From the NCBI RefSeq assembly GCF_014280175.1, contig NZ_CP047931.1, positions 120,001-152,000 on the forward strand: a stretch of 32,000 nucleotides of DNA, in the 5' to 3' direction. The notes under the pieces are model-generated. The model saw only the letters and a program-made list of their open reading frames with translations. It made no database searches and was not told the origin of the DNA. This DNA comes from Synechococcus sp. A15-28. GTDB taxonomy: Bacteria; Cyanobacteriota; Cyanobacteriia; PCC-6307; Cyanobiaceae. Position 1 is the first letter of the stretch, and every line of letters starts with the position of its first letter. Position numbers and translations under genes: made by a program. Of this stretch, positions 1 to 12,645 are shown piece by piece.

Positions 1-266
1 TGGTGACTGATGGCGCCGCCCCGGTGCGCTGGCAATTGGGAGCCGACTCAGGTGAGCAGACCGCCTTTCAGCCCCCCACCGTCGTCGATACCACCGGCGC
101 TGGTGATGCCTTCACGGCAGGTCTTTTGCACCGGTGGGCCGCCGCACCCCAGGAGCGCATTCGTTTCGCGGCGGCCTGCGGCGCCCTGGTCTGCGGAGGC
201 CCCGGCGGCATTGATCCCCAACCAACAGAGGCTCAGGTGGAGGTTTTTCTGGGAGGTGTGAGCTGA
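1..266 (+). CDS. pfkB/ribokinase-family carbohydrate kinase, C-terminal part (5' truncated by window)
   Basis: Open frame from the window start with the pfkB signature DTTGAGDAFTAGLL; stop at 264-266. Confidence 0.8.
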   Translation, partial: VTDGAAPVRWQLGADSGEQTAFQPPTVVDTTGAGDAFTAGLLHRWAAAPQERIRFAAACGALVCGGPGGIDPQPTEAQVEVFLGGVS

Positions 267-730
267 GCGCGGCGGCCCTCTCCGACATGGCACAGCTCCA
301 AGCGCCAGGCTTCTGGCAGCGCCAAGCTGAGCCGTTCGGGCCATTCCACCGCCATCAGGGCTCCCATCGCCCGGGCCTCCTCCTCTTCCTGGAGAAACAG
401 CTCATCAGCTGATCCCGGAGCGTCCAGCCGGTAGAGATCCAGATGGACGAGGGGCGGATTCCCGTCCGGGTAGTGCTGGGCCAGGGCAAAGGTTGGACTG
501 GTGATCGCTTCAGTGATGCCGCAGGCCAGGGCAAGGCCCTGCACCAGTGAGGTTTTGCCCGCTCCGAGTGGCCCCTGCAACAGCAGGATGCTTCCCGCGG
601 GGAGATGGCCTGCCACGTGCTGACCAAGGCTCCGGGTTGTGGCCAGCGACTTGAGGGTCCAGACACACTGTGTACAGTCCGAACTGAGCGAGCCCGAAGC
701 CTCGGCGTCTCTGCAGAGATTCACCTCCAC
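233..730 (-). CDS. tsaE: tRNA threonylcarbamoyladenosine biosynthesis ATPase TsaE
   Basis: P-loop [13 protein letters not shown] followed by [10 protein letters not shown] and HLDLYRL, typical of TsaE; exact start uncertain. Confidence 0.85.
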   Translation of the reverse strand: MEVNLCRDAEASGSLSSDCTQCVWTLKSLATTRSLGQHVAGHLPAGSILLLQGPLGAGKTSLVQGLALACGITEAITSPTFALAQHYPDGNPPLVHLDLYRLDAPGSADELFLQEEEEARAMGALMAVEWPERLSLALPEAWRLELCHVGEGRRAQLTPPRKTST

Positions 731-752
731 GTTTCCCAGGGAGCATCAACTC

Positions 753-2183
<1,431 letters not shown>

Positions 2184-2243
2184 TCCACCCTCAGGTGGAG
2201 TGTTCAGCCCCGTGGAAGACTTGCGCGATCACGCGCAGGCTCC

Positions 2244-2903
2244 ATGGGGCTTTCTGATGTCATCACGCAGCTTCCGCAGCTGATCGGTCAGGCGGTTGAG
2301 GCCAACCAATGGCTGGGATACACGGCCATCTTCGCGGCGATGTTCCTGGAGAATCTGTTCCCGCCGATCCCCTCTGAGCTGATCATGCCCCTCGGGGGCT
2401 TCTACGTTCAGCAGGCGCAGCTTGAGTTGGTGCCGGTGGTCCTCGCCGGCCTGATGGGCACCGTGCTGGGTGCTCTGCCCTGGTACGGGATCGGTCGGTT
2501 GATCAATGAAGAGCGGATTGAGCAGTGGCTGAGGCATCACGGACGCTGGATCGGCATCAGTCCCGAGGAACTGGGACGCAGTCGCCGTTGGTTCGGCCGT
2601 TATGGAACCGCTCTGGTGTTCTGGGGGCGTCTGGTGCCCGGCATCCGCACCTTGATCTCCGTGCCGGCTGGCATCGAAATGATGCCGATGGCTCCGTTTC
2701 TGCTCTGGACAACGGCCGGCAGCCTGATCTGGACCCTGTTGCTCACCGTGGCCGGGATGGTGCTGGGTGAGGGCTACAGCAATGTTGAGGTGTGGATCGA
2801 CCCGGTCTCCAAAGCTGTGAAGGTGATCTTGGTGGTGGCTGTTTTGGGTGGGGCCATCTGGCTGGGCCTGGGGGTCTGGCGCCGGCGTCAGTCCTCAGAC
2901 TGA
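2244..2903 (+). CDS. DedA family inner-membrane protein
   Basis: FLENLFPPIPSELIMPLGG and GRLVPGIRTLISVPAG motifs; multiple hydrophobic segments. Confidence 0.85.
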   Translation: MGLSDVITQLPQLIGQAVEANQWLGYTAIFAAMFLENLFPPIPSELIMPLGGFYVQQAQLELVPVVLAGLMGTVLGALPWYGIGRLINEERIEQWLRHHGRWIGISPEELGRSRRWFGRYGTALVFWGRLVPGIRTLISVPAGIEMMPMAPFLLWTTAGSLIWTLLLTVAGMVLGEGYSNVEVWIDPVSKAVKVILVVAVLGGAIWLGLGVWRRRQSSD

Positions 2904-2925
2904 GCGCCGACGTCAACGGTTTGAT

Positions 2926-3312
2926 TCAGAAAGGGATTTCTTCGTCGGAGGCCTGACCACCGAAGCTGCCGGCGGCCTCCTGGTTGTCCCGTTTGGATCC
3001 CAGCAGTTCGAGCCGGTCGACGCGGACCACGGGTTTGCTGCGCTCTTCACCGCTGTTGCGGTCGGTCCAGCGATCCAGTTTGACGCTGCCGATGATGCCC
3101 AGCAGCGATCCCTTCTTGACATAGTCCGCAGCCACCTGGGCCTGTTTGCCCCAGATTTCGAGGTTGAACCAGTCCGGCTCATCGTCGCGGCTGCGGCGGT
3201 TCACAGCCATGGTGAGGTTGGCCACCATGCTGCCGGATTCGAAGTAACGCACTTCGGGGTCGCGGCCGGCACGGCCGACAAGGGTGACGGAATTCACGCC
3301 CATGGGATTCAT
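2926..3312 (-). CDS. ssb: Single-stranded DNA-binding protein
   Basis: MNPMGVNSVTLVGRAGRDPEVRYFESG...WFNLEIWGKQAQ...YVKKGSLLGIIG; acidic C-terminal tail ...DEEIPF. Confidence 0.93.
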   Translation of the reverse strand: MNPMGVNSVTLVGRAGRDPEVRYFESGSMVANLTMAVNRRSRDDEPDWFNLEIWGKQAQVAADYVKKGSLLGIIGSVKLDRWTDRNSGEERSKPVVRVDRLELLGSKRDNQEAAGSFGGQASDEEIPF

Positions 3313-3444
3313 CTCCTGGTGATGGTTTCAATGATGCGCCACGGTTTCGGTGGCTGCCTTCAAGGAGTTCCACCCAGACCGCCGGATGTAACAGGCACCG
3401 TTGAAATTCGCCTCTATGATTCACCGGCCTGAGGTCCTGAGACT

Positions 3445-4497
3445 GTGCTGTTTCGTCGTTTCCAGCTGTCTCGCGACATCGGTATCGACCTTGGCACTGC
3501 CAACACCCTGATCTACGTCTCCGGTCGGGGCATCGTTCTGCAGGAACCGTCCGTCGTCGCGCTGGATCTCGAGCGCGGAACACCCCTGGCTGTGGGTGAT
3601 GAGGCGAAGTTGATGCTGGGTCGGACCCCAGGCAACATCCGCGCTGTCCGTCCGCTCCGCGATGGTGTGATCGCTGACTTCGATGCGGCTGAGCAGATGC
3701 TCAAGACCTTCATCACCAAGGGCAATGAAGGCCGCGGCATCATGGCTCCACGCCTTGTGGTGGGCATCCCCAGCGGTGTCACAGGCGTCGAGCGGCGGGC
3801 CGTGCGGGAAGCCGGTATGGCCGGTGCAAGGGAGGTACATCTCATCGACGAACCGGTGGCGGCGGCGATCGGTGCGGGTCTCCCGGTGACCGAGCCCGTC
3901 GGCACCATGATCGTCGACATCGGCGGCGGCACCACCGAGGTCGCCGTGTTGAGCCTCGGCGGAACGGTTCTCAGTGAATCCGTGCGGGTGGCGGGTGACG
4001 AGATCAGCGATGCGATCGGCGTCTATCTCAAGAAGGTGCACAACATGGTGGTGGGCGAACGCACCGCGGAAGACATCAAGATCCGCATCGCCTGTGCGTT
4101 TCCTGACGATGCTTTTGACCAAGAGTCGATGGATGTGCGCGGTCTGCACCTTCTCTCCGGATTGCCCCGCACCATCAACCTGAAAGCCGGCGATCTAAGG
4201 GAAGCGATTGGTGAACCCCTCGACGTGATTGTTGAGGCTGTGAAGCGCACCCTGGAACGCACACCCCCTGAACTCGCCGCCGACATTGTGGATCGCGGCA
4301 TCATGCTGGCCGGTGGTGGAGCGCTGGTGCGCGGCATCAGCGATCTGATCAGCCACGAAACAGGCATCTTTGTCCACATCGCCGAAGACCCGCTGCTGTG
4401 CGTCGTCAACGGCTGCGGGCAGGTGCTGGAGGACTGGAAACGCCTGCAGCGTGTTGTTGATACGCCGGAATTCATCCGCTCACCTGCTGGCGCCTAA
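3445..4497 (+). CDS. mreB: Rod shape-determining protein MreB
   Basis: DIGIDLGTANTLIYVSGRGIVLQEPSVVAL, MIVDIGGGTTEVAVLSLGG, GIMLAGGGALVRG. Confidence 0.95.
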   Translation: MLFRRFQLSRDIGIDLGTANTLIYVSGRGIVLQEPSVVALDLERGTPLAVGDEAKLMLGRTPGNIRAVRPLRDGVIADFDAAEQMLKTFITKGNEGRGIMAPRLVVGIPSGVTGVERRAVREAGMAGAREVHLIDEPVAAAIGAGLPVTEPVGTMIVDIGGGTTEVAVLSLGGTVLSESVRVAGDEISDAIGVYLKKVHNMVVGERTAEDIKIRIACAFPDDAFDQESMDVRGLHLLSGLPRTINLKAGDLREAIGEPLDVIVEAVKRTLERTPPELAADIVDRGIMLAGGGALVRGISDLISHETGIFVHIAEDPLLCVVNGCGQVLEDWKRLQRVVDTPEFIRSPAGA

Positions 4498-4501
4498 GCC
4501 C

Positions 4502-5248
4502 ATGGCCCCAATGCTGCGGTCTGGGAACAGTCGCTGGCGCGGATTGGGTCGATTGACCCCCTGGCTTCTGCTGTTAGCGGGACTTGTAGTGGTCCGTCTC
4601 AGCAAGGGTGCCGGGTTTGTTGATGCCTACGCCTTGCTCAGTCGCCCGTTCTGGCCTGGGTCAGCGCAGCGGGAGTGGATCGTGTCCGCCAACGACCTGG
4701 AACTGAAATCCAGGCTGACCCTTCTGGAGAGGGATAACGAGCGCCTGCGGGGACTTCTGGCTCTTCAGCAGGATGGCGCCGCTGATGGTGTGGTCTCGGC
4801 GGCAGTGATCTCCCGACGCCCCCGCGGTTGGTGGCAGCAATTGGAACTCGGCAAAGGGAGTCTTCACGGCATTGCACGGAACGATGCCGTGCTGGGTCCC
4901 GGAGGACTTGTGGGACGTGTTGCCAGCAGCAGCCCAGCGACAGCGCGCGTGAAGTTACTGACCGCTCCAGGTCACGAGATCGGTGTGTGGCTGCCCCGTT
5001 CGCGTCGCCATGGCTTGCTGGTGGGGACGGGCTCCAGCCGACCGAAGCTTCGTTTCATCGATCGGGATCCGGATGTGCGCCCCGGTGATTTGGTGAGTAC
5101 GTCGCCAGCCAGCACATTGTTGCCCCCCAACATTCCTGTGGGTGTGGTCCAGGCCGTGGACGAGCAGGTGACGCCGTCTACAGCTGCAGTGGTGCAGCTG
5201 ATCGCTGCTCCAGAGGCCATCGATTGGGTGCAGGTGATGACGCGCTGA
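4502..5248 (+). CDS. mreC: Rod shape-determining protein MreC
   Basis: Directly downstream of mreB; N-terminal TM, coiled coil (LERDNERLRGLL), and VVSRRPRGWWQQLELGKGSLHGI...GLVGRV typical of MreC. In-frame ATG at 4502. Confidence 0.88.
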   Translation: MAPMLRSGNSRWRGLGRLTPWLLLLAGLVVVRLSKGAGFVDAYALLSRPFWPGSAQREWIVSANDLELKSRLTLLERDNERLRGLLALQQDGAADGVVSAAVISRRPRGWWQQLELGKGSLHGIARNDAVLGPGGLVGRVASSSPATARVKLLTAPGHEIGVWLPRSRRHGLLVGTGSSRPKLRFIDRDPDVRPGDLVSTSPASTLLPPNIPVGVVQAVDEQVTPSTAAVVQLIAAPEAIDWVQVMTR

Positions 5249-5250
5249 CC

Positions 5251-5760
5251 ATGGCCCGCTTGCATCAGCAGCCGCTCTGTGTGGCCTCAAGTCTGCTGGT
5301 CCCCCTGGCCACCCTCGCGACTCCCCCCTGGTTGGGCATCGGCGGCGTTCCACCGGCCTGGGCCGTCATCTGGTTGTTGCCCTGGGCGCTGGTGGATGGG
5401 CCGGTTTCCGGTGCGTTGTCCGGCCTCGCCGTGGGCCTAGTGATGGATGGTATGCATCTGTCGGGTTCGAGCCAGATCCCGGCGCTGGTGCTGCTGGGCT
5501 GGTGGTGGGGGCGGCTGGGGCGTCGGGCCCAACCGATCCAGCGCAGCCTCAATCTCGGTTTGCTGGCCTGGCTGGGCTCGATGCTGTTGGGACTCACGGT
5601 GCTCGCTCCACTGTTGATGCGTTCCGGCTGGCCGCTGGACCCACTGCTGCGGAGCTGGGGTTGGCACACCCTCTGGTGTCAGGCTCTGATCACCGCACTC
5701 CTGGCACCGATGCTTGCCTCCGTGCAACTGCTGATCTGGCGTCGGAGGGTGCCGTCATGA
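5251..5760 (+). CDS. mreD: Rod shape-determining protein MreD-like membrane protein
   Basis: Hydrophobic ~169-aa protein immediately after mreC (mreBCD order); ATG at 5251. Confidence 0.7.
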   Translation: MARLHQQPLCVASSLLVPLATLATPPWLGIGGVPPAWAVIWLLPWALVDGPVSGALSGLAVGLVMDGMHLSGSSQIPALVLLGWWWGRLGRRAQPIQRSLNLGLLAWLGSMLLGLTVLAPLLMRSGWPLDPLLRSWGWHTLWCQALITALLAPMLASVQLLIWRRRVPS

Positions 5761-7046
5761 AACTCAGCCGCCGGCAGCTGCTGGTGGGATCGCTGGCAAC
5801 AGGGCTGGCGGCCTGTGGTCGACCTGCATCGCGACAGCAGTCCCTAGAGCTCTGGACCCTGCAGCTGGCTCCCAAATTCAATGACTACTTCGCTGAGGTG
5901 CTGGGGGACTGGCGACAGCGACGTCCCGCTGCTGGGGTGCGCTGGACAGACCTGCCATGGGGATCGGTGGAGCGAAAGCTGCTGGCGGCTGTCTATGCCC
6001 GTACGGCGCCTGATGTGGTGAACCTCAACCCACCGTTTGCCGCCAATCTCGCCAGCAAGGGGGGGCTGACGGATCTGACCCCTCTCCTCCCCCCGACGGC
6101 TGCGAGCCGATACCTCTCATCCGTCTGGGAGGCCTGCCGCGATGCTGATGCCGGACAGATCGCGATCCCCTGGTATCTAACGGTTCGCCTCAGCCTGGTG
6201 AACCGTCGCCTAATGGAGCGAGCGGGAATCGATCAACCCCCCAGTTTTTGGGAGGAGATTCCAGGGTTTGCCCGTCGTATCCGTGAGCGAACGGGTCGCT
6301 ACGGACTCTTCATCACGACTGTGCCGGATGACTCGGCGGAGTTGCTCGAGTCGATGGTGCAGATGGGTGTCACCCTGCTGGATGACCAGCGTCGGGCGGT
6401 TTTCGACAGTCCATCCGGTCGTCAGGCCTTCCGCTTCTGGACGGACCTCTATCGGGAGGGGCTGTTGCCTCGTGAAGTGGTCAGCCAGGGTCAGCGTCGG
6501 GCGATTGAGCTGTTTCAAAGCGGTGATCTCGCCATGGCGGCCACAGGAGCGGAGTTTCTGCGCAGCATCCAGGTCAATGCACCGGGCATCGCCGCCGCAA
6601 CGGAACCGCATCCGCCCCTCACCGGACCCGATGGCACGGCCAATGTGGCCCTGATGACACTGGCGGTTCCCCAGCAGAGTGTGCGCGCCCAGGAGGCCGT
6701 GGACCTGGCCTTGTTCCTGACCGATGCCGCCAATCAAATCCGTTTTGCGCAACAGGCCAGGGTGCTGCCCTCCTCCCTTGAGGCCCTGGCGGTGGTGCGT
6801 TCGTCGCTGGAGCAGGAGCAACCCGCCACAGAGCAGGAGCAACAGATTCGCAGCGCCCGCCTGCTCTCCGCTCAGACCCTCCAGCAGGCAAGGGTTCTGG
6901 TGCCGGCTCTCCCGGGGATCAAGCGTCTGCAGAGCATCATCTACACCCAATTGCAGCGGGCGATGCTGGGGCAGCTGGACAGCGATGTGGCGCTAAGGGA
7001 GGCCGCGCGGGAATGGAATCGTTATTCCCAGGCGCGCTGGCCATGA
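5757..7046 (+). CDS. ABC-type sugar/extracellular solute-binding lipoprotein (family 1)
   Basis: MKLSRRQLLVGSLATGLAACG signal/lipobox-like start; FWEEIPGFARRIRERTGRYGLF, GDLAMAATGAEFL, VALMTLAVPQQS...EAVDLALFLTDAANQIRFAQQARVLPS. Confidence 0.8.
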   Translation: MKLSRRQLLVGSLATGLAACGRPASRQQSLELWTLQLAPKFNDYFAEVLGDWRQRRPAAGVRWTDLPWGSVERKLLAAVYARTAPDVVNLNPPFAANLASKGGLTDLTPLLPPTAASRYLSSVWEACRDADAGQIAIPWYLTVRLSLVNRRLMERAGIDQPPSFWEEIPGFARRIRERTGRYGLFITTVPDDSAELLESMVQMGVTLLDDQRRAVFDSPSGRQAFRFWTDLYREGLLPREVVSQGQRRAIELFQSGDLAMAATGAEFLRSIQVNAPGIAAATEPHPPLTGPDGTANVALMTLAVPQQSVRAQEAVDLALFLTDAANQIRFAQQARVLPSSLEALAVVRSSLEQEQPATEQEQQIRSARLLSAQTLQQARVLVPALPGIKRLQSIIYTQLQRAMLGQLDSDVALREAAREWNRYSQARWP

Positions 7047-7149
7047 TCGCTGTCCTTTCTTAAGAGAATCGGTAAAGCGACCGCTGTCAGAGCGGTTTCG
7101 ACCCGGTCTGTTCGGATTGAACGGTAAGGTTTCAACTCGTTAAGCCAGG

Positions 7150-7914
7150 TTGATGTCTGGTGACGTCCTGAGCCAACCCAAAGCCACTGTCCTGGTCGTT
7201 GATGACGAGGCGGCTGTTCGGCGCGTCCTGGTGATGCGGCTGCAACTTGCTGGCTACCGCGTGGTGTGCGCTGAGGATGGTGAACTGGCGTTGTCGCTGT
7301 TTCACAGCGAATCACCGGATCTGGTGGTGCTCGATGTGATGCTGCCGAAGCTCGATGGATTCGCGGTATGCCGTCGTCTGCGGGCGGAATCCTGCGTACC
7401 AATTATTTTCCTTTCGGCTGTCGATGCCATTTCGGAGAAGGTGGCCGGCCTGGACCTGGGAGCCGACGACTACCTGCCGAAACCATTCAGTCCGAAGGAG
7501 CTCGAAGCACGCATCGCCACCATCCTCCGCCGTGTGGGTCGGGGAGCCGCTGAGATCGAAAGCCGTGAGTTGCCGACCGGTCAAGGGGTGATGCGACTGG
7601 GCGAGCTGGTGGTGGATACCAACCGCCGACAGGTCACCCGTGGTGCCGAACGGATCAACCTCACCTACACCGAATTCAGCCTGCTGGAATTGCTGTTCCG
7701 CGAACCCGGCCAAGTGGTTCCCCGAGCGGAAATTTTGGAGCAACTCTGGGGTTACCCGCCCCGCCGCGCCGCTGACCTGCGGGTGGTCGATGTGTACGTG
7801 GCTCGGCTTCGGGGCAAGTTGGAACCGGATCCCCGTAATCCCGAGCTGATTCTCACGGTTCGAGGCATCGGTTATTGCTCGCAGCGTCTTGGGGAGACCG
7901 CGGCGACGGCCTGA
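7150..7914 (+). CDS. Two-component response regulator, OmpR/PhoB family (RpaA/RpaB-type)
   Basis: Receiver VLVVDDEAAVRRVL...LVVLDVMLPKLDG...LDLGADDYLPKPFSPKEL plus winged helix LTYTEFSLLELLFREPGQVVPRAEILEQLWG...RVVDVYVARLRGKLEPDPRNPELILTVRGIGY. Confidence 0.9.
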   Translation: MMSGDVLSQPKATVLVVDDEAAVRRVLVMRLQLAGYRVVCAEDGELALSLFHSESPDLVVLDVMLPKLDGFAVCRRLRAESCVPIIFLSAVDAISEKVAGLDLGADDYLPKPFSPKELEARIATILRRVGRGAAEIESRELPTGQGVMRLGELVVDTNRRQVTRGAERINLTYTEFSLLELLFREPGQVVPRAEILEQLWGYPPRRAADLRVVDVYVARLRGKLEPDPRNPELILTVRGIGYCSQRLGETAATA

Positions 7915-7959
7915 ACCACCCACGAGCGGGCAGGATGGCGCCCGATTGCCACGTCTGCT

Positions 7960-9468
7960 GTGTCTGAGCTGCGCGACACCCGTTTGGAGAAGTCCAGGGC
8001 ACTGGCTGATCTCGGGCAGGGGCCCTACGCCCTCGGTTTTGAGCCGACCCACCGCATGTCGGCCCTGCAGGAGACCCATGCCGATCTCCCCAAAGGAGAA
8101 GAGCGTGCTGTGACTGTGTCCGTCGCCGGTCGCGTGATGACGCGGCGGGTGATGGGCAAGCTCGCCTTTTTCACCCTGGCGGATGAGACCGGCACCATTC
8201 AGCTGTTTCTGGAGAAAGCAGGTCTGGAGGCGCAGCAGGAGGGCTGGTTCAAGCAGATCACCGGATTGGTGGATGGTGGTGACTGGCTTGGGGTGAGCGG
8301 CACCCTGCGCCGCACCGATCGCGGTGAGCTGTCGGTGAAGGTGAGCGACTGGCGCATGCTCAGCAAGGCGCTGCAGCCGCTGCCGGATAAGTGGCACGGT
8401 CTTGCCGATGTGGAGAAGCGCTACCGCCAGCGCTACCTCGATCTCATCGTGTCTCCAGACACCCGGGAGACCTTTCGCCGCCGGGCGCGGCTGGTGAGTG
8501 GCATCCGCCGCTGGCTGGATGAACGGGACTTCCTCGAAATCGAGACGCCGGTGTTGCAAAGCGAACCCGGCGGTGCCGATGCACGTCCATTTGAGACCCA
8601 TCACAACGCCCTTGATCTCCCCCTCACCCTGCGCATCGCCACCGAGCTGCATCTCAAGCGGCTGGTGGTGGGGGGCTTCGAGCGGGTTTACGAACTGGGC
8701 CGGATCTTCCGGAATGAGGGGGTCAGCACCCGTCACAATCCGGAGTTCACCTCGGTGGAGATCTATCAGGCCTATTCCGATTACATCGGAATGATGGAGC
8801 TCACCGAGCAGATGATCAGTGCCGTCTGTCAGGAGGTTTGCGGCAGCTGCCAGATCACGTACCAGGGCACGGAGATTGATCTGAGCCCTCCCTGGCGCCG
8901 AGCGACCATGCATGAGCTGGTGGAGGAGGCCACCGGGCTTGATTTTCAGAGCTTTGGCAGCCGGGAGGAGGCCGCGGCGGCGATGGTGGCCAAGGGCCTG
9001 CATGCCCCTGAGCTGGCCGATTCCGTAGGGCGCCTGCTGAATGAGGCCTTCGAGCAGGCGGTGGAGACAACGTTGATTCAGCCCACCTTTGTGACCGATT
9101 ACCCGGTGGAGATTTCACCCCTGGCCCGGCCTCACCGCAGCAAGCCTGGCCTGGTGGAACGCTTCGAGCTGTTCATCGTCGGCCGTGAGCATGCCAATGC
9201 CTTCAGTGAGCTCACGGATCCGGTGGATCAGCGCCAGCGCCTGGAGGCCCAGCAGGCCCGCAAGGCGGCTGGGGATCTGGAAGCTCAGGGGCTGGACGAA
9301 GACTTCGTCACGGCCCTGGAGGTAGGTATGCCTCCCACCGGTGGCCTCGGCATCGGCATTGATCGTTTGGTGATGCTGCTCACGGACAGCCCTTCCATTC
9401 GCGATGTGATCGCCTTCCCGCTCTTACGGCCGGAGTCCAGGGCAGAGGATGCCCCCGCAATGGGATAA
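7960..9468 (+). CDS. lysS: Lysyl-tRNA synthetase (class II)
   Basis: [121 protein letters not shown]. Confidence 0.96.
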   Translation: MSELRDTRLEKSRALADLGQGPYALGFEPTHRMSALQETHADLPKGEERAVTVSVAGRVMTRRVMGKLAFFTLADETGTIQLFLEKAGLEAQQEGWFKQITGLVDGGDWLGVSGTLRRTDRGELSVKVSDWRMLSKALQPLPDKWHGLADVEKRYRQRYLDLIVSPDTRETFRRRARLVSGIRRWLDERDFLEIETPVLQSEPGGADARPFETHHNALDLPLTLRIATELHLKRLVVGGFERVYELGRIFRNEGVSTRHNPEFTSVEIYQAYSDYIGMMELTEQMISAVCQEVCGSCQITYQGTEIDLSPPWRRATMHELVEEATGLDFQSFGSREEAAAAMVAKGLHAPELADSVGRLLNEAFEQAVETTLIQPTFVTDYPVEISPLARPHRSKPGLVERFELFIVGREHANAFSELTDPVDQRQRLEAQQARKAAGDLEAQGLDEDFVTALEVGMPPTGGLGIGIDRLVMLLTDSPSIRDVIAFPLLRPESRAEDAPAMG

Positions 9469-9495
9469 TTAACTCAGTGGCATGGTCCAAATCCC

Positions 9496-9759
9496 ATGAG
9501 TGGAGAGCGCGTTGGGTTCCGCTTCAAGCACGCCGATGCGGTGGTCAAGCGCAACCCCCAGGGCCGTTCCCGCCGGGGTTGGGTGATGGAGCCGGTGGAA
9601 CAGACCACGAGTCGCGGCACCAAGATGCCCGCGTACCGGATTCGTTGGCGCGATAGTGAGCGCCCCGAAATCGTGCTGCAGCACATGCTGATCGCCGACC
9701 CGGACCCCACCCCTCCGCCCGAGGGTGTCAGCCTCGAGCCTCCTGCTCCCAAGGCCTGA
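9496..9759 (+). CDS. Short conserved-type hypothetical protein (87 aa)
   Basis: ORF MSGERVGFRFKHADAVVKRNPQGRSRRGWVMEPVEQ...; independent, non-overlapping reading frame in an otherwise empty interval. Confidence 0.6.
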   Translation: MSGERVGFRFKHADAVVKRNPQGRSRRGWVMEPVEQTTSRGTKMPAYRIRWRDSERPEIVLQHMLIADPDPTPPPEGVSLEPPAPKA

Positions 9760-9760
9760 G

Positions 9761-10240
9761 TCAGCTCAGGCCGGCGTCCCGTCGCAACTGCTCAAGTTCC
9801 TGCTCGGCTTCGAACAGGGCCCAGTCCTTCTCCAGTGTTGAGGGGCTGGGTGTTTGTTGTTGTTGGTGAAGCTCCTTCAGCTGTTGCTCCACCTCGTTGA
9901 AGCGGCGTCCCAGATTTTCCAGGTCGGCCCAGAGGGCACGGCCCTGGCTCATCAGGCTGGTGAGATGTTGTTCGGCTTGCCCGGCTAGATCCGCTGCGCC
10001 GGCTGCCGTGGCACGCTCCACCCGGCTGCGCCAGGCCCGTACGTCCTCTGCCAGCCTCAGCAGCTGCTGGCGTTGCTGCTTCGCTTCGCCCTGCAGTTGC
10101 TTACGTTGCCGCTGGAGGGCTGTCGCCCGATCCTTCAGGTGCTGTTCGCTGAACAGTTGCTCCTGGACGGGGTTGTTGCGTAGAAAGGCGGAGAGCCGAG
10201 CATCCAGCTCCCGCTCCAGCTGCTCCAGCCAGCTGCTCAT
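9761..10240 (-). CDS. Hypothetical coiled-coil protein
   Basis: 159-aa ORF with Q/L/E-rich heptad-like sequence (RALWADLENLGRRFNEVEQQLKELHQQQ...). Confidence 0.6.
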   Translation of the reverse strand: MSSWLEQLERELDARLSAFLRNNPVQEQLFSEQHLKDRATALQRQRKQLQGEAKQQRQQLLRLAEDVRAWRSRVERATAAGAADLAGQAEQHLTSLMSQGRALWADLENLGRRFNEVEQQLKELHQQQQTPSPSTLEKDWALFEAEQELEQLRRDAGLS

Positions 10241-10470
10241 GCCTCGCCTGGGGTGGTGATCACTGGTTTTTCGATCTCTTTCTCCAGGGACTCGATCGCG
10301 GCTGTTTTGGATTTCAGGATCATCTGGGTGAGCTGTGCCGCTTTCACTTCGCCCACCTCACCTTCCAGTTCGCCCAGGCGATCGAAGGCCGCCATGTAGA
10401 CCGCGTCCAGGTCTTGGATCAGCTGCTCACGCTGCCGTTTGATGGCTTGACGCCGTTCGTCTGATTTCAT
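10237..10470 (-). CDS. Hypothetical protein, likely translationally coupled to the coiled-coil ORF
   Basis: MKSDERRQAIKRQREQLIQDLDAVYMAAFDRLGELEGEVGEV...; 4-bp overlap with the downstream ORF. Confidence 0.6.
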   Translation of the reverse strand: MKSDERRQAIKRQREQLIQDLDAVYMAAFDRLGELEGEVGEVKAAQLTQMILKSKTAAIESLEKEIEKPVITTPGEA

Positions 10471-10514
10471 GCGGCCTGAGCTCCTGGACTCCGTCTTTGG
10501 ATTAGTCTGTTAGC

Positions 10515-11464
10515 TCAGTTTGCCGGCAAAAGCAGATGCAGAGCCATCTGCTGGTGTGGATCGGTCCAGCGGCGTTGGATCCGCCAGCCGGCCTGGGCTG
10601 CGAGGGCGGCCGCGGAGTCCGGTGAGTACTTGACGCTGTGTTCAGTGATCCAGGCGTCGCCCTGGCGAAAGAACCAGGCCTCACCGCCCAGGTTTAAGGT
10701 CTGATCCTGTGTGCTCACCAGCGCCATTTCGATGCGCTGATGCCCCGCCTGCCATTGGGCCCGGTAGCGGAATTGCGTGGGATCGCCATCGCCCTGCAGG
10801 TCTCGGTTGAGCCGCTGCAGCAGGTTGCGGGCGAATGCGGCGGAAACGCCGGCGGCATCGTCGTAGGAGGCCTCCATCAGGGCCGGCTCGCGCGGTTGAT
10901 CCAGCCCCAGCAGCAGCGGCCCTCCAGCCAGCAGCCGCCGGGCACTGCGCAGAAAGTCGACAGCTTCCTCTGGAGTGAAGTTGCCCAAGGAGCTGCCAGG
11001 AAAGAAGCCGATGCGCCTTTGGCCGTCCAGAGCGGGATGCTGCGGCAGCTGCTCCAGGCGGGTGTGGTCACAGCAGATGCCCACCATGGCGGTGTTGGGG
11101 TGTCTGGCCGCGAGGCCGGAGAGCGCCTCCTTCAGGGCGCTGAGGCTGATGTCCAGCGCGGCGAAGACGCTGCTGCCCAGAGCTGTGAGCAGCGGATCCA
11201 CCTTGCGGGCATTCCCGATGCCGAATTCCACCACCATTCCGGGGCCCGTGGCGGCAGCGATGGCGGGTGCGTTCTTTTCCAGCAGAGCGATTTCCCGTTG
11301 GGTGAGGGTGTATTCCGGTTGCTTGCAGATCTCGGCGAACAGCCGGGATCCCTCGGCGTCGTAGAGCATCCATGCCGGTAGTTGGCGAGGACTGCGCCGC
11401 AAGCCATCCCGAACCAGGCGTTGCAGATCCGCCGAGGGTGGGTGGAGGTTGAGCAGGCTGATGC

Positions 11465-11468
<4 letters not shown>
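10515..11468 (-). CDS. egtD: L-histidine Nalpha-methyltransferase EgtD (ergothioneine biosynthesis)
   Basis: YDAEGSRLFAEICKQPEYTLTQREIALLE, VEFGIGNARKVDPLL, IGFFPGSSLGNF, LLGLDQPREPALMEASYDDAAGVSAAFARNLLQRLNRDL, HSVKYS. Start ATG (minus) at 11468. Confidence 0.9.
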
Positions 11469-12613
<1,145 letters not shown>

Positions 12614-12645
12614 GGACCCGATCCAATCTGCATGGACCTTAGGGG

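Noticed and set aside
660-752. Possible SAH/SAM riboswitch upstream of ahcY
   Set aside because: Only ~22 bp separates the divergent tsaE start from the ahcY ATG, and I could not match a known SAH or SAM aptamer core by eye. An Rfam scan would settle it.
3421-4149. 242-aa minus-strand ORF opposite mreB
   Set aside because: Shadow ORF over canonical MreB; composition typical of antisense GC-rich frames.
7312-9003. 563-aa minus-strand ORF opposite the response regulator and lysS
   Set aside because: It is the GC-rich antisense shadow of two strongly supported genes, with low-complexity, His/Arg-rich composition and no recognisable motif.
10740-11381. 213-aa plus-strand ORF opposite egtD
   Set aside because: Antisense to a well-supported EgtD coding sequence; no domain signature.
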